Assembly (NCBI GenBank): GCA_041743105.1
Contig: JBGTNI010000015.1
Location: 5,667 to 69,666 of the forward strand
Origin: Mycobacteriales bacterium
GTDB lineage: Bacteria > Actinomycetota > Actinomycetes > Mycobacteriales > QHCE01
Length of the DNA stretch: 64,000 bases
Direction: 5' to 3'
In this document: positions 15,982 through 26,066 of the stretch, piece after piece
Position numbering within the stretch: position 1 is the stretch's first letter
How the letters are laid out: every line of letters begins with the position of its first letter
The notes under the pieces: model-generated
Told to the model about the DNA's origin: nothing
What the model saw: the letters and a program-made list of their open reading frames with translations, nothing else
Database searches by the model: none
Translations under genes and position numbers: made by a program

Positions 15982-18644
15982 AAAGAAAGCTCAACCGATA
16001 GCTCGTCTCGACCTACAGGGACGCTGTGACCATCAGGTGCCGGGCGGCAGACAGTTTCGGTATGGCGAAGTCGGCCGGCGGCGGCGACATCGCCGAGCAC
16101 AGCCTGAACGTGAGGGAGGCTATCGACGGTTGCGTAAATCGTCGCTCTATCGACTTCGGTGCGCATCGACAGCTTTGCATCGGACTTGGCTTTACGGATC
16201 GCACCGATCAACGTCGTGGCGGTACCGAGTAGCCCAGATTCCAGCGCAACCTGCGATGTCACTCTTTGACCACCGAGTTCGTCTGCGGTGGGCCAGCTGC
16301 TGCGATGCACGCTGCCACGCTGCCACCATGACCACACTTCCTCGGTAGCAAACGGCAGGAACGGCGCGAACAGCCGCAGCTGTGCACGCAGCGCAAGCCG
16401 AAGCGCAGTGCGGGCCGATGCGGCTGCAGCGTCGCCGTGCTCGCCGTAGGCGCGCGTCTTCACCAGCTCCACGTAGTTGTCACAGAAGAACCAGAAGAAC
16501 TGCTCGGCGCGTTCCAGAGCTCGGGAGTAGTCGTAGGCCTCGAAGGCGATCGTGGCGGCATCCACGGCGCGTGCGAGGTCACCGAGCATCGCGTTATCCA
16601 ACGGCTCTGTGACTTTAGACAACTCTGTGACATCGGCCAGGTTCGCCGGCGCGTCTGCCTCGCCCAAGCCCAAAACGAACTTGCTGGCGTTGAGCAGCTT
16701 CACCGCCAGGCGACGGCCCACCTTCATCTGGCCGGTGTCGAATGCAGTGTCGGTGCCGGGTCGCGCCGAGGCCGCCCAGTAGCGCACCGCATCGGAGCCG
16801 AGCTCTTCCAGCAACGCCATCGGCGTCACCACGTTGCCTTTGGACTTCGACATTTTCTTGCGGTCGGGGTCGAGAATCCAACCGGAGATACCCGCGTGCT
16901 GCCAGGGCACCTGATCGTGCTCGTAGTGGGAGCGCAGCAGCGTGGAGAACAGCCAGGTCCGGATGATCTCGTGCGCCTGCGGCCGCAGATCCATCGGGAA
17001 AACCCGGGCGAACAGGTCCTCGTCACTCCCCCAACCACCGGCGATCTGCGGGGTCAGCGACGACGTGGCCCACGTGTCCATGATGTCGGGATCGCCGGCG
17101 AAGCCACCCGGTTTTCCCCGGTCGGTCGGGTCGTAGCCCGGTGGCGTGTCGCTGCTGGGATCCATCGGCAGCAAAGCCTCGTGGGGCACGATGGGGTTGG
17201 CGTAGTCAGGCTCGGCGTCGGCGTTCAATGGGTACCACATCGGAATCGGCACTCCGAAAAATCGTTGCCGGCTGATCAACCAGTCGCCGTTGAGGCCCTC
17301 GACCCAGTTGTCGTAGCGCACTTTCATGTAGTCGGGGTGCCAGGACAGTTCGGTGCCCCGCTTGAGTAACTGTGCCCGCAGTTCGTCGTCTCGGCCGCCG
17401 TTGCGGATGTACCACTGCCGCGTTGTCACGATTTCTAGGGGTTTCTCACCTTTTTCGTAGAACTTCACCGGGCGGGTGATCGGGCGCGGCTCACCCTCGA
17501 GGTCGCCGGAGGCACTAAGTAGCTCTACCACCTTCTGCCTGGCTGAATGCATGGTGAGCCCCGCTAGCTGTGCGTATGCTTCCCGCCCGGCAGTCGAGCT
17601 CAGGCCGGTCGGCGGTTCGGCAACAACGCGACCGTCCCACCCCACCACAGCCCGGGTGGACAGGTCTAGCTCCCGCCACCACTGCACGTCGGTGAGGTCG
17701 CCGAAGGTACAGCACATCGCGATCCCGGCACCGCGGTCGATCTCTGCGGCTCGATGCGCCACGACCGGTATCTCTACGTCGAACAACGGTGAGCGCACCG
17801 TGGTGCCGAAGAGGTGGGTATAACGTTCGTCGCTGGGATGCGCCACCAACGCGACGCATGCTGGCAACAGCTCCGGACGCGTGGTCTCGATGTACACGCG
17901 GTTGTCAGGGGCGCTGTTGCTATGGGCGCTGTCGCCAGCACAGTGGAACGCGATGCGGTGCCAAGCACCTGGATGATCACGGTCTTCCAGTTCGGCTTGC
18001 GCAACTGCGGTGCGGAACGTGACGTCCCACAGCGTGGGAGCCTCGGCCATGTAGGCGTGACCACGCTGATAATTACGCAGAAAGGCGCGCTGCGACACCG
18101 CGCGGGAGCGGGCGCCCACGGTGGCGTAGGTCATGGACCAATCCACCGACAAACCCAGCCTAAGCCACAGCTCCTCAAAAGCCTGCTCGTCGAGCTTCGT
18201 CAGCTGGTCGCAGAGCTGGGTGAAGTTACGCCGGGAAATCGAAATCTGCTGCTTCCCGGGCTGCTCTGGTAGAACGAGGTCCGGATCGTAGGGCAGCGAG
18301 GGGTCGCAGCGGACGCCGTAGTAGTTCTGCACCCGCCGCTCGGTAGCCAGGCCGTTGTCGTCCCACCCCATGGGGTAGAAGACCTCTTTGCCGCGCATCC
18401 GCTGGAAACGCGCGATCGCATCGGTGTGCGTGTAGGAGAAGACGTGTCCCACGTGCAACGAGCCGCTCACCGTCGGTGGGGGGGTGTCGATCGAGTAAAC
18501 CTGTTCGCGGGTCTTGGTGCGGTCAAAGCTGTAGACGCCCTGCTCAGCCCAGACGCCCGACCACTTGGCTTCCAGGCCCTCCAGCGACGGCTTGTCTGGG
18601 AGGTAGCGCGACGGTTCTGACGTGGGCTGGGGCGGCTGTGTCAT
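15978..18644 (-). CDS. valS: valine--tRNA ligase
   Basis: 888 aa. PPTVSGSLHVGHVFSY (HIGH) and KMSKSKGN motifs, C-terminal coiled coil. Confidence 0.97.
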   Translation of the reverse strand: MTQPPQPTSEPSRYLPDKPSLEGLEAKWSGVWAEQGVYSFDRTKTREQVYSIDTPPPTVSGSLHVGHVFSYTHTDAIARFQRMRGKEVFYPMGWDDNGLATERRVQNYYGVRCDPSLPYDPDLVLPEQPGKQQISISRRNFTQLCDQLTKLDEQAFEELWLRLGLSVDWSMTYATVGARSRAVSQRAFLRNYQRGHAYMAEAPTLWDVTFRTAVAQAELEDRDHPGAWHRIAFHCAGDSAHSNSAPDNRVYIETTRPELLPACVALVAHPSDERYTHLFGTTVRSPLFDVEIPVVAHRAAEIDRGAGIAMCCTFGDLTDVQWWRELDLSTRAVVGWDGRVVAEPPTGLSSTAGREAYAQLAGLTMHSARQKVVELLSASGDLEGEPRPITRPVKFYEKGEKPLEIVTTRQWYIRNGGRDDELRAQLLKRGTELSWHPDYMKVRYDNWVEGLNGDWLISRQRFFGVPIPMWYPLNADAEPDYANPIVPHEALLPMDPSSDTPPGYDPTDRGKPGGFAGDPDIMDTWATSSLTPQIAGGWGSDEDLFARVFPMDLRPQAHEIIRTWLFSTLLRSHYEHDQVPWQHAGISGWILDPDRKKMSKSKGNVVTPMALLEELGSDAVRYWAASARPGTDTAFDTGQMKVGRRLAVKLLNASKFVLGLGEADAPANLADVTELSKVTEPLDNAMLGDLARAVDAATIAFEAYDYSRALERAEQFFWFFCDNYVELVKTRAYGEHGDAAAASARTALRLALRAQLRLFAPFLPFATEEVWSWWQRGSVHRSSWPTADELGGQRVTSQVALESGLLGTATTLIGAIRKAKSDAKLSMRTEVDRATIYATVDSLPHVQAVLGDVAAAGRLRHTETVCRPAPDGHSVPVGRDELSVELSL

Positions 18645-18697
18645 GCCGCAATGTTAATGGTATAGCATCTGATAGCAGCGGTTGCTATGATGATGGT

Positions 18698-18955
18698 ATG
18701 GCTAAGACGATTACGCAGGCACAGCTGCGCAATGGCAGTGCTGGCGTTATGGACAGTTTGCAGGCCGGCGAGGACTTCATCATTACTCGAAACGGCGTCC
18801 CGGTGGGTGAGCTACGGCCGATTCAGTCTCAGCAAGATCCCACAGCAACCCAGGTCATCCAGCTGTTCAGTGGCTTGGCACGAGGATCTACCCAAGCGCA
18901 GATGCACGCTGAGTCTGATGCGCTGTTTGGCGAGGAGCGAATTAACGATGTCTAA
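18698..18955 (+). CDS. type II antitoxin (Phd/YefM-like) of a VapC toxin
   Basis: 85 aa from the ATG at 18698 (MAKTITQAQLRNGSAGVMDSLQAGEDFIITRNGVPVGELRPI). 8-nt overlap with the PIN toxin gene. Repeated ATAGCA half-sites just upstream. Confidence 0.75.
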   Translation: MAKTITQAQLRNGSAGVMDSLQAGEDFIITRNGVPVGELRPIQSQQDPTATQVIQLFSGLARGSTQAQMHAESDALFGEERINDV

Positions 18956-19352
18956 GCAGCGCCCCGTTGGTCTGCTAGACACCTCGGTTGTTATCGACCT
19001 AGACGCACTTTCTCCGCACGATCTACCTGTTCGCTCCAAAATCAGTTCGGTCACACTTGCCGAACTAGGCATAGGGCTGCATACCGCCAAAGATCCCATC
19101 GAGCGCGCTCGCCGAATTGAGCGTATACAGCGCGTCGAAACATTGTTTCATCCACTGCCGTTTGATGCGATTGCCGCCCGAAGGTTAACGCACCTGGCTG
19201 GGCTTGTAGTTGCTATATCTAGTAGTCCGAAGCCCCGCAAGACAGATTTGATGATCGGTGCAACCGCTTCTGTTCATGCACTTCCTCTTTACACCAGAAA
19301 CCCGGATGACTTCGCGGGACTGGACAGCGTTCTCACCGTAGTCCCAGTCTAA
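18948..19352 (+). CDS. vapC: PIN-domain toxin VapC
   Basis: 134 aa from the ATG at 18948 (MSKQRPVGLLDTSVVIDL...). Conserved acidic residues of the PIN fold (DTS..., TLAEL, D..IGATA, TRNPDDF). Confidence 0.85.
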   Translation: MSKQRPVGLLDTSVVIDLDALSPHDLPVRSKISSVTLAELGIGLHTAKDPIERARRIERIQRVETLFHPLPFDAIAARRLTHLAGLVVAISSSPKPRKTDLMIGATASVHALPLYTRNPDDFAGLDSVLTVVPV

Positions 19353-19630
19353 ACGGACATTCATTAACACAAGGTTCTCAGTACCAACTCCTGCTCGTCG
19401 AGCTGACTTTACCTCTCGCACCTTCGAGCCTCACATGTCCACGATCCATAGATTTGCATCAGTTACACCCGACCAGTAGTTGGCTTTATTGGGCTAATAT
19501 TGGGAATTAGCGAATGCAGCACAACCTGCAGTTAGTGACATACTTACGGCCCCTCGCTGTATCGGGGGTCGGTAAGCCATTGGCGTGCCAGCTACCGTCC
19601 CAATACAGCGAGGACCCCAACCCCCCGACG

Positions 19631-21688
19631 TTACCTACGGCGTGGTCTCCGATGCCTCGGGCCGCTGGGTGGAGAACCTGATCTGGGGGACAACGGCTCC
19701 TGTCTCGATTGCGCAATGAAGCGCGCCGAAACCTCCGGGTTAAAAGTGAAAGTTTTGCCGGCGTCATCGTAGGAACCGGCGGGGTGAGGTTCGCTGGTGT
19801 CGGTGCGGGCTACCGCGAGGAGAGCTCCGGCGATCTGGCTGCCTCGAACGGAGTCACTAGTCTCCACCTGCACTCGCAGAGTTGGCAGTCCAGCAATGAT
19901 CTGGGCACCCAATTTCCATACCGGTTGTATCGAGGCGGGCTCTCCATTCACTTCAGCAAGCGTAAAGTCGGTGCCCGCTACGCCGGTCGTCAGCTTAATG
20001 CCCGGGATGGAAATGGCATCGGCCTTGCCTTTGCCGCTGGAGGTGCCGGGCATCACCAACGCCTGAGCAATGCGTAGGCCTACCGTGTCGGTGCAGTCGG
20101 TGATTCCTTGGAGGTGAGCTGCGATCCGATCGACATGGAGCGGCATAACGAGAGAACCGAAGATTCTCTTGGGCTGGTCTGAGGAGCGATACAGCTGTTG
20201 ATCGGCGATATTGACCGGGGGTTTGATGCGGTAGGTAAGACGTATTGGGCCTTCATACCCCACAGTCCTGTCGGTGAAGGCCGCGAACCCTTCGAGCATT
20301 GCGACGTCGGTGAGGTCATAGCCTTCCCCGGAACATCGGAGCGCCACGGCGCGGTTGCCGGCCCGGTCAATACGGACTCGGTGGCCCATAAAAAACCCTG
20401 GACCATGCGCGTAGCTCTCCCTATCGGAAGGATGCCAGTCGCGTATGTGCGCGCCAAGACGGTCCATCGCCTTGTTCGGGCTCGTGCTCGGGGGTGTGGA
20501 ATAGCCGCGGATAGCAGCAATAAGCTCCTCGACATCGTCGCAGGCTACAGCGGCGCCGGACACCTCCACGGATATCAGACTGAACTCGTGTGGGAACTGT
20601 AGACCCGCCCAATCCCCCGCATCGGCGAGTACCTGCGCTGATCGTTGGTTACGCCTACGGCCGATCAGAGATCTGCGCCAAGCGTTATACAACGTAATCG
20701 TCGTTGCGTCAGTGATTCCGTTGCGCATCTGGGCCAGCGCATCGAGCCGGCGCTGAAATTCGCCCAATGACTCCGCGGCTAACACCGGCAGTTCCTGATA
20801 ACGGTCAAGCACACTACGAGCGTCGGAAAAACCGCCGGCGCCACGGAACGAGGTTCCGGAGGCACGTTGCTCGAGAGCTCGATCGAGAGCAGCGGTTACC
20901 AGCGGCGGTAGGGCCGGGAACTCGCCATCGGTAACGGCTCGCACCAGGCGGAGCGCAGCCGCCCACATATCCGGGTGGCCTGCCATATTGAACGTGGCAA
21001 CGGTGCCGTGGTTTAACCCCACCTCCGCGGCGAACTGGTCGAAAGCCTCCGCCGGATTGTCGCGGATGAGTTTCTCGCGCGCCGCGCGCCGCAACCGCTC
21101 CTTGGTTGCTTCCTCGGCCGCTGTCGTGGCATTGCCGATAGCTTCTACTTTTTCTGTTACACGCCTATCCGCATTCACCGTGGCTATCAGCCCGGCGTCG
21201 GCAAGCCTCAGCTCTCGTACCAGAGAAAGAAGATCTGTGAACTGGGTACCCTGTTGTGGATTGAGGGCATACATCACCGCGTTCAACCTTCTGGACGGGT
21301 CAGTTACACGGTCCAGTGCCCAGCTGGCGATTGTTCTTCTAGCTCCCGGGTCAAAGCTGAGGTGGTTGAGTGCACGGGTAGCGATATCGGCGTATAGCCG
21401 ATCCGTCAGCCGTGCAGCAAGCTGCCGCTCATACTGGCCCAGTTCGGCGACAAAATCGGTGGCAACCTGCGCGTCGTTCGCGACTATATCGATAACCGCC
21501 AGCACAAAATCGTCAAAGGAGCGGTCGGATGGGTGGCGGCGAGTCTCTACTCCCAGCTCTTGCCAAGCAGGTTGGTCCCCGTTAGGAGGGGCCGTCACCA
21601 CGCGCAGCGCCCACGAACTATCGGGTTCGACATCCGTGGAACGGGCTGCTGTTTCAAGGAGTCGCCACGCGTATTCAGAAGAGTGCAT
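19631..21688 (-). CDS. large hypothetical protein (685 aa), no recognisable domain
   Basis: Long uninterrupted ORF with coding-like composition, downstream of ftsK in the same orientation. An 11-bp inverted repeat (19552-19562 / 19603-19613) lies just past the stop. Confidence 0.6.
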   Translation of the reverse strand: MHSSEYAWRLLETAARSTDVEPDSSWALRVVTAPPNGDQPAWQELGVETRRHPSDRSFDDFVLAVIDIVANDAQVATDFVAELGQYERQLAARLTDRLYADIATRALNHLSFDPGARRTIASWALDRVTDPSRRLNAVMYALNPQQGTQFTDLLSLVRELRLADAGLIATVNADRRVTEKVEAIGNATTAAEEATKERLRRAAREKLIRDNPAEAFDQFAAEVGLNHGTVATFNMAGHPDMWAAALRLVRAVTDGEFPALPPLVTAALDRALEQRASGTSFRGAGGFSDARSVLDRYQELPVLAAESLGEFQRRLDALAQMRNGITDATTITLYNAWRRSLIGRRRNQRSAQVLADAGDWAGLQFPHEFSLISVEVSGAAVACDDVEELIAAIRGYSTPPSTSPNKAMDRLGAHIRDWHPSDRESYAHGPGFFMGHRVRIDRAGNRAVALRCSGEGYDLTDVAMLEGFAAFTDRTVGYEGPIRLTYRIKPPVNIADQQLYRSSDQPKRIFGSLVMPLHVDRIAAHLQGITDCTDTVGLRIAQALVMPGTSSGKGKADAISIPGIKLTTGVAGTDFTLAEVNGEPASIQPVWKLGAQIIAGLPTLRVQVETSDSVRGSQIAGALLAVARTDTSEPHPAGSYDDAGKTFTFNPEVSARFIAQSRQEPLSPRSGSPPSGPRHRRPRRR

Positions 21689-21841
21689 GCACGCTCCACT
21701 ACGTACCGAGTCGGGCTATCCTCAGGTAGTCGCCAGGCTACAAACCAATCTGGCAGTAACCGATCGTGTCGCGCAGTCTTTTTCTCGAGTCGAGCACGAC
21801 CGATGCTTATGGAGGCGATGTCGGCAGCGGGTGCGCCAGAC

Positions 21842-24262
21842 CTACAACGCGGTAAGCACCGAGGCCAGTTCGTCGGGCTGCACGAGCACCTCGCGGGCCT
21901 TAGAACCCTCGCTCGGGCCAACGATCCCGCGGCTTTCCATCAGGTCCATCAGCCGGCCGGCTTTGGCGAATCCCACCCGCAGCTTGCGCTGCAACATCGA
22001 GGTGGAGCCGAACTGGGTGCTCACCACCAGCTCGATCGCCTGCTTGAGCACGTCGAGGTCATCGCCGATGTCAGCATCGATTTCTTTGCTGCTCGCCGCG
22101 GGCGCGGTGACATCCTCGGTGAATTCGGGCTCGCGCTGGTCCTTGCAGAACGCCACCACGGCAGCGATCTCGGGTTCGGTCACCCACGCGCCTTGAGTCC
22201 GAACCGGCTTCGACGCTCCCATCGGCAAGAACAACGCATCACCTTTGCCGATGAGCTTTTCGGCCCCGGGCTGATCCAGGATGACACGAGAATCGGCGAG
22301 CGAGGACGTGGCAAAGGCTAGCCGGGACGGCACGTTGGCCTTGATGAGACCGGTGACCACATCCACACTGGGCCGTTGCGTCGCGAGTACGAGATGAATC
22401 CCGGCAGCCCGCGCCAGCTGCGTGATGCGAACCACCGAGTCCTCTACGTCGCGCGGTGCCACCATCATCAGGTCGGCAAGCTCATCGACGATGATCAGCA
22501 GGTATGGGTAGGGTCGGTACACCCGCTCGCTACCCGGCGGCGGCTTGATCTCACCGTGGCGCACTTTACGGTTGAAGTCATCGACGTGCCGCACCCCGGC
22601 GGCCGCTAGGTCCTCGTACCGCATGTCCATCTCTTTGACGACCCACCCCAGCGCATCGGCCGCCTTCTTGGGGTTGGTGATGATCGGCGTCACCAAGTGC
22701 GGTATGCCCTCATACAGCGTCAACTCAACCCGTTTGGGGTCCACCAGCACCAGTCGTACCTCATCCGGTGTCGCCCGCGACAAGATCGAGACCAACAGCG
22801 TGTTGATACAGCTGGACTTACCAGCTCCGGTGGCTCCCGCGATAAGAATGTGGGGCATCTTCGCCAAGTTGGCCACCACGTAGCCACCTTCGATGTCTTT
22901 GCCCAACCCAACTGTCAACGGGTGATGGTCATCGCGGGCGGGTGCCGAACGGAGCACGTCGCCCAGCGCAACGGTCTCACGGTCGGCGTTCGGGATCTCT
23001 ACCCCCACCGCGCTCTTACCGGGAATGGGGCTGATGATGCGCACATCGGGGCTTTTCACCGCGTAGGCGATGTTGCGTGACAACGCCGTGATGCGCTCCA
23101 CCTTCACCGCCGGTCCCAGCTCGATCTCGTACCGGGTGACCGTAGGTCCACGCGTGAAGCCAGTGATGGCGGCGTCTACGTCGAACTGATCGAGCACCGC
23201 GGTGAGCGCCTCGATGACGTGGTCGTTGACACGGCTACGACGGCGAGCTGGCGGACCGGCCGAAAGCATGTCAGCAGGCGGTAGCCGATAATCGCCGTCG
23301 GAGGCGCTTAGCGCCAACTGTTCTGCCCTGGTCGGCGCCGGCGTATGCGCGGGCGGTGGGGGCGGTACAGATGTCGCGGCCTCCGCGAAGACTCCTTGAC
23401 GGCGACGCGTGGAGCGGCGCAGCTCTCCGGTGGCGGGAACCGCTTCGGTTTCCTCGGGCCCGGCGCCTGGAGGTGAGCCGCCTACTCGCGATCCAGCCCC
23501 AGCCCGACGCGGCACACTGTCGTTTCCACTCTCCTCGTCTGCCGCCGGGACGCCGAAGGCGAAGTCCAGCACTCGCTTTAGTCGAGACGGCAGCGTATTG
23601 ATCGGCGTCGCCGTCACCACCAGCAGACCGAAGATCGTCAGCAGCGACAGTAACGGAACCGACACCCAGATACTGGTCACGTCGGTGAAGGGTGTTGCTA
23701 CGTAGCGTCCTACCGCACCCGCGGCTGCCGACCACCCGCTTGGGTGCTCCGGAGAGGACCGAATCAGATGCAACAGGCCCAACCCACCAGCAGTCAGCGC
23801 GGTGGCGCCCACCATGATGCGGCCACGCTGCGACTCATCGGGCGTGTGACGCATCAAATGCACCGCCGCGATCAGCGCCACCACCGGCAGCACCACCGTG
23901 GCTGAGCCGATGAGGAATCGCAGACCAAGCTCGAGCGATTGCCCGAACACGCCGGCCTGGTCGAACCAGACCGCCATTGCAGTCGCAATGGCGAAGCCAA
24001 GCACCAACAGGGCCAAGCCGTCTCGGCGGTGGGCCGGGTCGAGGTCTGCGGCACTGGCCGCGTTCCGACCTACCAGCCGAGCAGCGCCACCTAGCGCGCG
24101 TGCCACACCCGTCCAGACGGCGACGAACGGCCGGAACACGCCGAAGGAGGATTTACGTCGCGCCACATTCGCCGAACGCCGTTTGGCGCCCGAAGATCTC
24201 GCGCTGTCGGACCTGCGCACACGCTTGCCGATTCTGCGTGTGGGAGTACTTCGCGCGGCCAT
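21842..24262 (-). CDS. ftsK: DNA translocase FtsK
   Basis: 806 aa. N-terminal TM helices, Pro-rich linker, motor domain with Walker A GATGAGKS and LLIIVDELADL, C-terminal gamma wHTH (STSMLQRKLRVGFAKAGRLMDLME). Confidence 0.95.
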   Translation of the reverse strand: MAARSTPTRRIGKRVRRSDSARSSGAKRRSANVARRKSSFGVFRPFVAVWTGVARALGGAARLVGRNAASAADLDPAHRRDGLALLVLGFAIATAMAVWFDQAGVFGQSLELGLRFLIGSATVVLPVVALIAAVHLMRHTPDESQRGRIMVGATALTAGGLGLLHLIRSSPEHPSGWSAAAGAVGRYVATPFTDVTSIWVSVPLLSLLTIFGLLVVTATPINTLPSRLKRVLDFAFGVPAADEESGNDSVPRRAGAGSRVGGSPPGAGPEETEAVPATGELRRSTRRRQGVFAEAATSVPPPPPAHTPAPTRAEQLALSASDGDYRLPPADMLSAGPPARRRSRVNDHVIEALTAVLDQFDVDAAITGFTRGPTVTRYEIELGPAVKVERITALSRNIAYAVKSPDVRIISPIPGKSAVGVEIPNADRETVALGDVLRSAPARDDHHPLTVGLGKDIEGGYVVANLAKMPHILIAGATGAGKSSCINTLLVSILSRATPDEVRLVLVDPKRVELTLYEGIPHLVTPIITNPKKAADALGWVVKEMDMRYEDLAAAGVRHVDDFNRKVRHGEIKPPPGSERVYRPYPYLLIIVDELADLMMVAPRDVEDSVVRITQLARAAGIHLVLATQRPSVDVVTGLIKANVPSRLAFATSSLADSRVILDQPGAEKLIGKGDALFLPMGASKPVRTQGAWVTEPEIAAVVAFCKDQREPEFTEDVTAPAASSKEIDADIGDDLDVLKQAIELVVSTQFGSTSMLQRKLRVGFAKAGRLMDLMESRGIVGPSEGSKAREVLVQPDELASVLTAL

Positions 24263-24379
24263 GCCACAAACGGTATCGCGTCAACCCTCAGAACCCTGGT
24301 AGCCCCGGCGACTTCAGCCGTGACAACATCCCCATCGACCAACTCGACAGTTTCCGTAAGTTCGGCGGGAGTTTGGCGA

Positions 24380-26044
24380 TCAGCTAGGCAGCCGCCAGGA
24401 CACCACCTGGTTTAGCTGCCAACGTGTACCGCAGACCAGTCGCTGCTTATCGACGCCGCACAGCCGGGTCGGCAGCAAGGTCGGCTCATAGCCGTCGGTC
24501 ACCGGTTCGCTTTGCACCTCGACGGTCTTGACCAGTCCCGGTCGCTCCAGCGAGCCGAGTTCCAGCGTTCGTGCATTAGCCGACACCACCACCACGTCGG
24601 TGGAGTCCGAACCCGGCGACGTCGTCGCGACGAGCAGTCTTTTTTGCGTTCCGACCGTTGCGCTCCGCACGAAAACCGGGGCCTTCCCGCGCCACACTCG
24701 GCGACCCGTCTTGGCGACAACGACCTCGGTGCGGGCTTTGTCTAGCGGACACGGATTGACGAAAGAACCCCCGCCATCGCACAGCAGCAAAGCCACTACG
24801 TCACCGTTTCGCCGCACATGCATAGCGCCTTTATCGTTGGTGGCCACGACTTTGCCGGTTTCGGGATTGATCAGCCTGGTCGCGGAGCCCTGCGCGTTGG
24901 GCACACAAACCATCGTCGAGCACTGCCGGGGGACCGCATCGGCACCAAGCTCGGTAGACCACACCGGAGTATCGAGTTTTCCCTTCGAGACGCCCTCAAT
25001 TCGAACGTCCGATCCAGGAAGGACCCGTACCAGGACGTCGTCAGAGTAGGCAATATAGCGAGTGGGGTCACCGGATCCGCGGGGCACGCTGATGAGGTCC
25101 TTGCCGGTGTCGAGCTCTCGCACGACGGTGGAGGTCGCACCGTCCATCACCGCAAATTCACCGTCGAACAACGGCGTCGGCGCGAATCCGTCCGGCAGTA
25201 GGCCCGCTAGCTCGTTGACACCGTCGTCGACCGGCCGGGCATTGTCGAATTTCCAGCGCTGCCGACCGGAAGTGACATCGATCGCAGCGAAGGTCTGCCG
25301 CCCTCCTTCCGTTGGAAGGTCTCGAAGCACAACCGTCTGCTGCGAATACAGCCATCCAATCTGATCGTCGAATGCCTTGATGACCCGACCGTCCTCGGCA
25401 TTGACCAGCAGAGTACGGCGGTGAGCCTGTTCGTTACCGGCGTGGTTGTCGCGCAAGCTGCCGCGTAACCCGTCGCCACTGACAACTACAACATCACCAA
25501 CAGCGGTCAACGTGACCCCAAGCGGCTGGCCGGTCAGCTCCCAACGCTGCTGACCGTCGGTGAGGCTTCGACCCCGCAGCGCGCAGTCGGCTCCGTTGGC
25601 GTGGGGGCCGGCTCGCTGGTTACATTCGATTGCCACCAGCATCTGGTCTACCAGGGTCGAAGACCACATCGAGACCGAAGCACCCGAGCGCCATTGCTCG
25701 GTGAGCGTGCCCTGACGCTTATCCGTGGCCGGTTTATCGTCGGGCTGGGAGTCCGATCCGGAGCCCTGTAACACGGTGACTCCGATGACCAGCGCTACGA
25801 CGCTGATCGCGATCGCGATCAGCCAACCCCGGTTGAACCGACGCTGGGGTTCGTCGTCGGGATTCCGATTGCCAGGAGCGGAGTTTCCGATATAGCTATA
25901 ACCGGGATAACCGCCGCCCTGCTGCCATTGCGGTCGGGGTGCACCGGGATGGTGGTAGGGGTCGTTGGCCGACAACGGTTGCTGGGGATAGCCGGACGGG
26001 TCGGGACCAGGCTGAGGGTAACCAGCCTCAGGGTAATACGACAT
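24380..26044 (-). CDS. membrane-anchored PQQ-like (BamB-like) beta-propeller repeat protein
   Basis: 554 aa. Pro/Gly/Tyr/Gln-rich N-terminus, one TM helix (WLIAIAISVVALVIGVTVL), then repeated DG..RW / G..RWKF blades. Paralog of the next gene. Confidence 0.65.
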   Translation of the reverse strand: MSYYPEAGYPQPGPDPSGYPQQPLSANDPYHHPGAPRPQWQQGGGYPGYSYIGNSAPGNRNPDDEPQRRFNRGWLIAIAISVVALVIGVTVLQGSGSDSQPDDKPATDKRQGTLTEQWRSGASVSMWSSTLVDQMLVAIECNQRAGPHANGADCALRGRSLTDGQQRWELTGQPLGVTLTAVGDVVVVSGDGLRGSLRDNHAGNEQAHRRTLLVNAEDGRVIKAFDDQIGWLYSQQTVVLRDLPTEGGRQTFAAIDVTSGRQRWKFDNARPVDDGVNELAGLLPDGFAPTPLFDGEFAVMDGATSTVVRELDTGKDLISVPRGSGDPTRYIAYSDDVLVRVLPGSDVRIEGVSKGKLDTPVWSTELGADAVPRQCSTMVCVPNAQGSATRLINPETGKVVATNDKGAMHVRRNGDVVALLLCDGGGSFVNPCPLDKARTEVVVAKTGRRVWRGKAPVFVRSATVGTQKRLLVATTSPGSDSTDVVVVSANARTLELGSLERPGLVKTVEVQSEPVTDGYEPTLLPTRLCGVDKQRLVCGTRWQLNQVVSWRLPS

Positions 26045-26066
26045 CTGATCACCCCCCCTCAGCGGA

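Noticed and set aside
20988-22196. 402-aa plus-strand ORF (and the overlapping 262-aa ORF 21533-22321)
   Set aside because: It is antisense to the 685-aa gene and to the 3' end of ftsK. It is Ser/Ala/Arg-rich with no motifs, typical of a shadow ORF in high-G+C DNA.
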